Below are positions 57,304 through 64,000 of a stretch of DNA of 64,000 bases, one piece after another. The translations under genes were made by a program, and so were the position numbers. This DNA comes from a virus, in the IMG/VR virus record IMGVR_UViG_3300049165_000116, positions 2,196 through 66,195 of that record. One strand, written 5' to 3'. How positions within the stretch are numbered: the stretch's first letter is position 1; every line of letters starts with the position of its first letter. The notes beneath the pieces were generated by a model. The model was not told the origin of the DNA. It did not search any database and saw only the letters and a program-made list of their open reading frames with translations.

Positions 57304-57588
57304 ATGCTGAGTGACGTTGCCCTGGACGAGTACCTGGCCGCCAACCCGGAGGCCGACCGCGCCGCCCTCCACGATCCGCAGTTCGCCGCCGAGGTGGCCC
57401 GTATGCGGACCGTCCTGGACCGGCTGGACACCGGCCTGGAGGCCGAGGGCCTGGACGTGGAGGCGCGCCGCCGGATCGGCGTCCGCCTCCTCGCGGACTG
57501 CCTCCTGACCGACGAGGCCCGGGAGCGGGTCCAGGAGCGTCACCGGCTCGCGCGGGAGCTCGCCGGGGGCGCGCTCCCGGCGCTCTAG
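57304..57588 (+). CDS. Hypothetical helical protein
   Basis: GGGAG RBS; plausible composition. Confidence 0.55.
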   Translation: MLSDVALDEYLAANPEADRAALHDPQFAAEVARMRTVLDRLDTGLEAEGLDVEARRRIGVRLLADCLLTDEARERVQERHRLARELAGGALPAL

Positions 57589-57653
57589 AACTGGCAACGG
57601 GCAACACCCGGTTCGGGCTGTCCGCGGGGCTCGGGCCCGGCCAGACTCGGGGC

Positions 57654-58109
57654 ATGACCGAGAACGAGAACAGGCCGGTCGTCCACGTGATCAGCTTCGG
57701 GTACGGGCACACCGGTGCCCTGGACGATGACGGCCTCACGGTGCTGGAGCCGCCGACCGCGGACGTCACGCTGGACCTCCGCCGCACACTCCACAACCCC
57801 CACCATGACCCGGCCATGCGGCACCGCACCGGCCTGGACGAGGTGGTCCACGCCCACGTGCTGGACACCCCGGGGACCCAACTCCTCGTGCTCAACGCGG
57901 CCATGGCGGCCCACGTGCTCATGCAGCAGGCGCGGCCCGCCTCCCTCACGGTGGCCGCGGGTTGCACGGGGGGCCGGCATCGCGCGGTGTCGGTGGCCCG
58001 CGCGGTCCACGCCGCGCTCACCGAGTTCTCCCGGGCTGGTGGGTACCGGACGGAGCTGGTGCACCGGGACGTCCACCGCCCGGTCCTCTCCTCCAGTAAG
58101 CACGCCTGA
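57654..58109 (+). CDS. Stand-alone RapZ C-terminal-like domain protein
   Basis: ISFGY.H, AD...DLR..L.NP, TGLD, GCTGGRHRAV, HRD. Confidence 0.85.
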   Translation: MTENENRPVVHVISFGYGHTGALDDDGLTVLEPPTADVTLDLRRTLHNPHHDPAMRHRTGLDEVVHAHVLDTPGTQLLVLNAAMAAHVLMQQARPASLTVAAGCTGGRHRAVSVARAVHAALTEFSRAGGYRTELVHRDVHRPVLSSSKHA

Positions 58110-58120
58110 CCCTGCCAGGG

Positions 58121-58375
58121 TCAGCTGTGCCCGGGCTCCGGGGCGTCGCCGGGTGCCGGCGTCTCCGTGGTGGTCTCGGGCGCTCGCTCTGCGGCAGCAG
58201 CGGCGGCGGCGCGGCGCTTGCTCCACTTGCCGTAGGCCACGGACCCGGCGATGGCGGAGGCGCCGGTGACGGCGCTACCGATGAGGGCGCCCCGCCCGGT
58301 GTAGAACGCGCGCAGGGCGGCGGGGCCACCCCGCTTGGCTGCTTCCTTGGCCAGTTCCGCGTACGCCCACGCCAT
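58121..58375 (-). CDS. Small membrane-associated protein
   Basis: AGGAGGAG RBS; YAEL.K.A...GGP then hydrophobic segment. Confidence 0.55.
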   Translation of the reverse strand: MAWAYAELAKEAAKRGGPAALRAFYTGRGALIGSAVTGASAIAGSVAYGKWSKRRAAAAAAAERAPETTTETPAPGDAPEPGHS

Positions 58376-58453
58376 GGCGCTCCTCCTGCTGCTCGCTCGG
58401 GCCTTGATGATCGCAGCCCGGCGCGCCGGCGGTGGAGCGTTCGGGAAGGTTGG

Positions 58454-60097
58454 TCACCGGGTGCGGGTGCCTCCGCCGCCGATGGTGCGCCCGTACCGGG
58501 AGGCGCCGCGGGCGCCCTGGCCGCCGGTGGCCTGGCCGCGGCGTGCCGGGGAGTGAACGGCCGACGTCTTCAACGACTCCGCGGCGAAGGCCATGACCAC
58601 AGCGTCTCCCTTGTCCGGGCTGCGCCCCATGCGCTTGACCAACTTCTCCTTCGGCTCCACGCGGATCTTCGGCGGGACGCCGGTGACGGTGTCCCACGTC
58701 GGGGCGGTGAGGTCGGATAGGAGCTCGTCGTCCGGGGGGAGCATGATCTCCGGCTCGTACGTAGGGTCCAGGAGCTCGCGCATCCGCCAGTACGCCGCGG
58801 ACCGGAGGTTGGTGAACCCCCACTCCCCGTCCCTAGTGCGCGCGTTGCTCTTGGCAGAGCCGGTGTACGCCAGGACGGGGACGCCGAGCTCCCGGAGGCG
58901 GTCCACGACGCCTCCGCCGACGCCGATGGAGTCCACGACGGGGACCACCTCTCCGTCCTCTCCGGTGGCCGCCTGGACCCTGGCGGTGGTGCGCATGGTG
59001 TTCTCCCGGTCGTGGGTCTCCAGCTCCACGACGGCCGGGCCCCAGCGGTGGGCGAGGATGGTGGAGTCCCCGCCGGCGCGGGCGACGTCCACGCCGGTGT
59101 AGCGGCGGCCCTCGAGGTCTGGGCGGCCGGCCTGGTCCCACTCGTGCCACCGCTCCACGGCGGCCTCCACCCACGCGAGCGGGATGACGGAGTCCTCGTC
59201 CGACGCGTGGAACTCGCCGGCGACGCGGTTGGCGTACATGGCGGAGTCCCGGCCCCACTGGCGGGCGCGCTGCTCCGCCCAGGCCCGGGAGATCCGGCCG
59301 GCGGCGATGGCCTCCTCCAGGGTGACGTGGCGGACCCACCAGTCCTCCAGGCCGGGCGCCCTCCGGTGAATGTCGTAGAACCGGCCTGCCGGCGGCCCGG
59401 GCGTGCTGATCGCGAAGGCGAAGGCCTCCGGGAGCTCGCCCAGCGGGGCGTCCGTACGGCCGCCGGAGAAAGCACCCTCGACGGCGTCCCAGGTGGCGTC
59501 CGGGACGATCTTCGCCTCATCGATGAGGTACAGGAGGGAGTCGGCGTGGGCGCCCTCGATGAGCTCCGGCTTATGGGAGGCGACCGGGGTCGCGGCGCCG
59601 TTGTCCAACTTGAGGTTGAGCGCCAGGAGCTCGGTGCGCTCGGAGAACGGCGGCCGGCCTACCCGGTCCCACCGGATGCGCTTCGCCCACTTGCGGAGCT
59701 CGGGCACCAGGTACACGGCGAGGTGCCGCCAGGCGGAGGCCGTCATGATGACCTTCCAGTCGATCCCGGCGGCCTCCCTCGTGGTGGCGAACCACAGGAC
59801 GGTGATCGCGGCCTGGGCCGTCTTCCCGAGGCCGTGAGGGCCCCGTACGGCCACGCGGCGGTGTACGGGGATCGCACCCAGGACGTCCTGTTGGTAGGGG
59901 GTCAGGCCCTCCCCGGCCTCCCAGGCGATGCAGTCCCGCGCCCACCCCACCGGGTCATACATGTACCGCAGGACCCGGCGGGAGTTCTTCCGTACCCGGG
60001 CACGGCGGACGGTGTCCCGGACCTCGCGGAGGGCGGTGATGTCCCCGGTGCGGACGAGCTCCTGGACCTCGCGCTCCAGGTCCTCCCGGGTCCTCAC
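58454..60097 (-). CDS. terL: Terminase large subunit
   Basis: GPHGLGKT Walker A, LIDEA Walker B, GVDVAR and SPDKGDA nuclease motifs. Confidence 0.93.
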   Translation of the reverse strand: MRTREDLEREVQELVRTGDITALREVRDTVRRARVRKNSRRVLRYMYDPVGWARDCIAWEAGEGLTPYQQDVLGAIPVHRRVAVRGPHGLGKTAQAAITVLWFATTREAAGIDWKVIMTASAWRHLAVYLVPELRKWAKRIRWDRVGRPPFSERTELLALNLKLDNGAATPVASHKPELIEGAHADSLLYLIDEAKIVPDATWDAVEGAFSGGRTDAPLGELPEAFAFAISTPGPPAGRFYDIHRRAPGLEDWWVRHVTLEEAIAAGRISRAWAEQRARQWGRDSAMYANRVAGEFHASDEDSVIPLAWVEAAVERWHEWDQAGRPDLEGRRYTGVDVARAGGDSTILAHRWGPAVVELETHDRENTMRTTARVQAATGEDGEVVPVVDSIGVGGGVVDRLRELGVPVLAYTGSAKSNARTRDGEWGFTNLRSAAYWRMRELLDPTYEPEIMLPPDDELLSDLTAPTWDTVTGVPPKIRVEPKEKLVKRMGRSPDKGDAVVMAFAAESLKTSAVHSPARRGQATGGQGARGASRYGRTIGGGGTRTR

Positions 60098-60519
60098 GTC
60101 AGGTCACCGGCGCCGCCGTCGTCGCCCTCCAGGAGCGCCAGGATCTCGTCCCCGAGGCGCTGCGCCTCCACGTTGAGCCGGGTCGGAGCCTTCGTGCCCT
60201 CCACGTCCGCGCGGCCGGCGAGGCACTTGAGCACGATGTCCGCGGCTTTCTTGTCCTTCTCCTGGATGGCCAGGGGCCAGAACGCGGCCTGTAGGCGGTC
60301 GTACCGGGCGACGGTGAGGGCGCGCAGCTCCTCCACGTTGGCGTTCTGCTCCCGGAGGTTGGCTTTCAAGGCCTCCCCCACGGCGGTGCAGGCGGCGCCG
60401 GCGGAGGCGTAGCCGACGCGTTCAGCGATCGTCGCCCAGTCCACCCCGGCGACCCGGAGCGCGGTCGCCTGCGCCCTCTTCTTCGCCGCGGCGGCGCGCT
60501 GTGCTTTCGATGCGCCCAT
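60094..60519 (-). CDS. terS: Terminase small subunit (HTH)
   Basis: LRVAGVDWATIAERVGYAS; GTGA overlap with terL. Confidence 0.75.
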   Translation of the reverse strand: MGASKAQRAAAAKKRAQATALRVAGVDWATIAERVGYASAGAACTAVGEALKANLREQNANVEELRALTVARYDRLQAAFWPLAIQEKDKKAADIVLKCLAGRADVEGTKAPTRLNVEAQRLGDEILALLEGDDGGAGDLT

Positions 60520-60608
60520 GAGGCCCCCTCACTTTCCAGAGTCTTATGGGTTCCAGAGACGCCCGGGCCGGGTGGGCCTCCCGGCCGGGGTGGTACGGGG
60601 TGCCGGCG

Positions 60609-61385
60609 CTACGTGCCGGTGGGGGTGGCGAACGCGCCGACGACGCACCAGGAGTGCCAGCGGAACAGGACCTCGGGGCACGTCCAGCCGGCGGCGTTGA
60701 TCGCGGAGAGGAGGGTGGCCTCGGGGTACGGCTGGAGGACGCCGCGGAGCGCCCGGGCCTTCGCGCGGATCGCGGCGTCCGTGATGCCGTGCGCGGCCTT
60801 CCAGTCGTGGGAGGCCTCGGCGGCGATCTCCGCCCAGCGGGAGTCCGGGGGCCGCACCTTCTCCGCGACGATGAGCGCGCCGGTGGAGGCGGAGGCCTGG
60901 CGGGCGCCCGTGAGGACGGCGATCCGGTCCGGGACGGAGAGGAACTGGAGGGTGAAGAGGGCCACGGTGAGGTCCGCGTCCTCATGCGGGAGCCGTTCGT
61001 GGCGGAAGTCGCCGGGGACGTAGGCCACGTGGAGGTTGGAGAGGCCGCTCAGGTCCTCGGCTGCCCGGTCGAGCATCGCGGGCTCCCGGTCGTAGAGGAA
61101 GGCGCGGAGCTTGCGGCCGGGGTGGCGGGCGGCGATGCGGTGGGCGGTGGTGCCGGTGGAGGCGCCGAGGTCCGCGAGCGTGCCCTCATCCGGGAGGAGC
61201 CAGTCCGCGGCCTCGGCCACGAGGTCCTGGATCGCGTCGTAGAACGGCACGGAGGCGCGGACGTGCTCGGGGAAGACACTGGCCACCTCGGGCGTGAACT
61301 CCCAGGCGCCGGTGGTGAAGCGCTCCGCGATGTCCCCGGCCGGGACGGCGGTGGGGTCAGCCGTAGATGCGGGTGTGTTCTGCAC
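60609..61385 (-). CDS. CmoA-like carboxy-SAM synthase / methyltransferase
   Basis: W.F..EVA.VFP.H...SVP.Y, DLGASTG, FTLQFL, GALIVAEK, K...L.GVL parallel E. coli CmoA. Confidence 0.8.
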   Translation of the reverse strand: MQNTPASTADPTAVPAGDIAERFTTGAWEFTPEVASVFPEHVRASVPFYDAIQDLVAEAADWLLPDEGTLADLGASTGTTAHRIAARHPGRKLRAFLYDREPAMLDRAAEDLSGLSNLHVAYVPGDFRHERLPHEDADLTVALFTLQFLSVPDRIAVLTGARQASASTGALIVAEKVRPPDSRWAEIAAEASHDWKAAHGITDAAIRAKARALRGVLQPYPEATLLSAINAAGWTCPEVLFRWHSWCVVGAFATPTGT

Positions 61386-62769
61386 GGTAGTACCTCACGG
61401 GGTTGGGGAGGGCGCGGGTGATGAGGGGCTTCAAGCCCAGGCCGTCCTGGAACGCGACCTTTCCGCGGCGGGTGACGGAGGCGGGGAGGGCGTCGCGGTA
61501 GGCGGCGGAGAGCACGGCTTTGCGGCCGGTGGGGGTGTCGGCGTCCCGTACGACGTCCATGGGCATGGAGAGCGCCAGGGTGACCAGGTCGGGGTCCAGG
61601 AAGGGGAGGCGGCCCTCCACGCCGGCGCTCATGAACGCTTTGTTCACGCGGGGGAAGTTGCGGACGGCCTGGGCGTGGATGAGGTCGCGGCGGGCGCGGT
61701 ACCAGCCGTGAGCCTGGATGCTCCGGTAGGCGAAGCCGTAGGAGGCCCAGAGTTCGTCCGAGCCCTCGCCGGAGTAGGTGACCCGGTACCCGTCCGCGCT
61801 CATCGCCTCCGCGAGGGCGAGGCACGGCCAGGCGATCTCCACCTGTGCTTTGTACGGCTGCTCAATGACCGCCAGGGCGTGGGAGAGGTCGTCCGCGGTG
61901 GGCGGCTCCACCGGGACCTCCACGAGCGTCACGCCGAGCGCTTCGGCGGTCTCCCGCGCGCACCGGAGGTCCGCGGAGCGGGGGTCCAGGACGGCGGTGT
62001 ACGTGGTGAGGCCGGGGTGGTGGCGGACCAGCTCGGCGACGATGGCGGCGGAGTCGATGCCGCCGGAGAGGAGCGCGCACACCGGCACGTCGGAGATGAC
62101 GCGGCGGTCTACCGCGCGGGCCAGGGCGTGGCGGAGCGCCGGCGCGGCGGTCTCGCGGGTGAGCCCGGGGTCCGGGGTGGCGGTGAGCTGGTGGTAGACG
62201 TGGCGGGTGATGGCGCCGGCGGGGTAGAGCTCCCACCACTCCCCGGGCTCCACGTCCACCACGGCTTTCCCGCAGCGCCGGCCGAGCGCGCGGAAGGCCT
62301 TGAGCTCGGAGGCCACCAGGAGCGGGAGGGCGCGGTGGACGTGGAGCGGGACCTCGCCGTGGCGGTCACGCGCGGCGTGGAGGACGCCGGGCCGGCGGGT
62401 GTCGTGCCAGGCGAGGCCGTACATGCCGTCCAGCTCCGGGAGCGCGGTGGCGGGGCCGAGGACGGCCAGGGCCGCGGCCACCACCTCCGTGTCCCCCGAG
62501 GTGCGCCAGGTGCGCCGCGGGTCGGCGGCCTCCACCAGGGTCCGCACGCGCGGGGCGTTGAACAGCTCGCCGTTGTAGACCAGGGTGACCGGGCCGTCCC
62601 GGTACGGCTGGTCCGAGCGGGCGCCGGGGTCCTGGATCGCCAGGCGGGTGTGGCCGAGGGCCACGCCGGGCTCCTGCACGGTGGCGGAGGAGTCGGGGCC
62701 GCGGTGCGCCAGGGCCTCCACCGCGGGGGTCAGGTCCACGTGGCCGGTGGCGCCGATGATGCCGCACAC
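61357..62769 (-). CDS. AsnB-like glutamine-dependent amidotransferase
   Basis: MCGI, HRGPD, HTRLAI, YNGE, DTEV, LSGGIDS, SGEGSDE, E.R.PFLD. Confidence 0.93.
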   Translation of the reverse strand: MCGIIGATGHVDLTPAVEALAHRGPDSSATVQEPGVALGHTRLAIQDPGARSDQPYRDGPVTLVYNGELFNAPRVRTLVEAADPRRTWRTSGDTEVVAAALAVLGPATALPELDGMYGLAWHDTRRPGVLHAARDRHGEVPLHVHRALPLLVASELKAFRALGRRCGKAVVDVEPGEWWELYPAGAITRHVYHQLTATPDPGLTRETAAPALRHALARAVDRRVISDVPVCALLSGGIDSAAIVAELVRHHPGLTTYTAVLDPRSADLRCARETAEALGVTLVEVPVEPPTADDLSHALAVIEQPYKAQVEIAWPCLALAEAMSADGYRVTYSGEGSDELWASYGFAYRSIQAHGWYRARRDLIHAQAVRNFPRVNKAFMSAGVEGRLPFLDPDLVTLALSMPMDVVRDADTPTGRKAVLSAAYRDALPASVTRRGKVAFQDGLGLKPLITRALPNPVRYYRAEHTRIYG

Positions 62770-62771
62770 GG

Positions 62772-63983
62772 TCAGATCACCCCCCGTTCGCGGAGGGGGA
62801 TGAGGACCTGGTCCCGTACGGCTGCGGCGATGTGGCTCATCATCACCGGGGGGACGGCGCGGCCGATGCGCTCCCAGCGCTGCTCATAGGTGCCGGTGAG
62901 GACGAAGTCCGGGGGGAACCCGCCGATGGCGCGGAGCTCCTGGAGGGTGAGTTTCCGGGCCTCCGCGAAGTGGGTGACGGAGGCCTTCGTGACGTTCCCG
63001 CCCTCGGCGGTGATCGTCTGGGACGGCTTGTCCGGGTCGATGCGCTTGAGCGAAAAGAACCGCTCCGAGGAGCCGCCGCGCGGGGTGTCGCGCCAGGCCT
63101 CCCCGATGGCGTACCGGCCGATGTGAATGCTCTTGCCGGTCTCTGGGTCGTGGGTGACCTCTTGGCCCTCGGCGGGGTCCAGGACGCGGAAGTGGTACGA
63201 GTTCATGGCGTCGGTGCCGACGGTGATTGCCGGGCTCGGCTTGTCGGTGACGTCGCCCTGGCCGCGGGCGCCGGAGGTGTCGTGGACGAGTCGGGGAACG
63301 GTCGGGAGGGCGTCGCGGACGGTGTACTGGTAGGGCAGCGGCCGGGGGAACGCCGGCGGGAGCTCTAGGTCCTCTCGGACGCCGACGAAGATGAGCCGCT
63401 GGCGGGACTGCGGGACGCCGAGGCGGGAGGCGTCCAGGAGCCGGGCCTCCACGCGGTAGCCGCAGGCCTTGAGCGTGGCCAGGATCTCCAGGAAATAGCC
63501 CTTCGCCGTGCCCTTGATCAGGCCGGACACGTTCTCCGCGACGAACGTGCGGGGCTGGAGGTCCCGGAGGATGCGGGCGAACTCGAAGAAGAGGTCATCG
63601 GTGCGCTGCGCGGTGTCGCTGTAGGCCTTGACCTTCCCCCACCCGGCCTCCCGCTTGCCCATGGTGGAGAACGAGGCGCACGGCGGGGAGCCGTCCCAGA
63701 GGTCCAGCTCGCCCACGGCGAGGCCGGTGGCGGCGCAGATGTCGGCGGCGGTCACCTCGCGGATGTCCCGGGTGTCCAGGACGGTGTACGGGGCGGCGTT
63801 GGCGCGGTAGGTCTCCTGGGCGGCCGGGATGAACTCCGAGGCCCAGAGCACGCGGAACCCGCCCATGCGGTAGCCGAGGGAGGAACCGCCGCAGCCGGAG
63901 AACGAGGAGGCGGCGTTGAACCCGTTCCACGGGATGGCGGCGATCTCAGCCATGGCCGGCACGCGATACGGAGGCTTCGCCAT
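62772..63983 (-). CDS. DNA cytosine-C5 methyltransferase homologue with Arg in motif X
   Basis: FSGCGG (I), GSPPC (IV), ENV (VI), QSRQR (VIII), IGRAVPP (X). Confidence 0.95.
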   Translation of the reverse strand: MAKPPYRVPAMAEIAAIPWNGFNAASSFSGCGGSSLGYRMGGFRVLWASEFIPAAQETYRANAAPYTVLDTRDIREVTAADICAATGLAVGELDLWDGSPPCASFSTMGKREAGWGKVKAYSDTAQRTDDLFFEFARILRDLQPRTFVAENVSGLIKGTAKGYFLEILATLKACGYRVEARLLDASRLGVPQSRQRLIFVGVREDLELPPAFPRPLPYQYTVRDALPTVPRLVHDTSGARGQGDVTDKPSPAITVGTDAMNSYHFRVLDPAEGQEVTHDPETGKSIHIGRYAIGEAWRDTPRGGSSERFFSLKRIDPDKPSQTITAEGGNVTKASVTHFAEARKLTLQELRAIGGFPPDFVLTGTYEQRWERIGRAVPPVMMSHIAAAVRDQVLIPLRERGVI

Positions 63984-64000
63984 GGCGTCCAGGGCCGGGC

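Larger units (their letters stand above)
1..64000. mobile_element. Temperate actinophage (Streptomyces-type siphovirus) genome, extending beyond both window edges
   Basis: Integrase, Xis, repressors, RecET-like genes, lysis, tail, capsid, portal and terminase modules; no housekeeping genes recognised. Confidence 0.95.

Noticed and set aside
61357-62769. Housekeeping asparagine synthetase or lasso-peptide cyclase
   Set aside because: Embedded between a DNA MTase and a CmoA-like gene in a phage; no lasso precursor or B protein seen
2421-62889. Long ORFs antisense to the called genes (e.g. 2421-4391, 8001-9848, 20494-22419, 25248-27545, 46134-48692, 61294-62889)
   Set aside because: Shadow ORFs expected in high-GC DNA; no motifs, and they overlap well-supported genes on the other strand

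Overview
High-GC, Streptomyces-like window that is almost entirely one temperate siphovirus-type phage genome; no host chromosomal genes were recognised. Left to right: (1) leftward early recombination operon (RusA, DnaQ-like exonuclease, RecT, YqaJ exonuclease) behind a cro/cI-like switch; (2) an attP-like site (3' half of a CAT-anticodon tRNA with arm repeats on both sides), tyrosine integrase, second repressor and excisionase; (3) an accessory region with two XRE-HTH/TPR-like regulators, SAM methyltransferase, GNAT and MazG; (4) a long leftward late region: lysis genes, tail, two glycosyltransferase-like genes, giant Cys-rich modular proteins, capsid, MuF/2H-phosphoesterase/protease fusion and portal; (5) small accessory genes (RapZ-C-like, possible nucleotide sponge) and terminase; (6) a DNA-modification operon of C5 methyltransferase, AsnB-like amidotransferase and CmoA-like carboxy-SAM synthase. 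Two results stand out. The methyltransferase carries Arg instead of Asn in motif X, which with its neighbours predicts carboxymethyl/carbamoylmethyl-cytosine. A 22-nt element sits in five late-gene 5' leaders, between a -10 box and an RBS-covering hairpin, and looks like an undescribed RNA switch. All family calls are motif recognition by eye; no database search was run.
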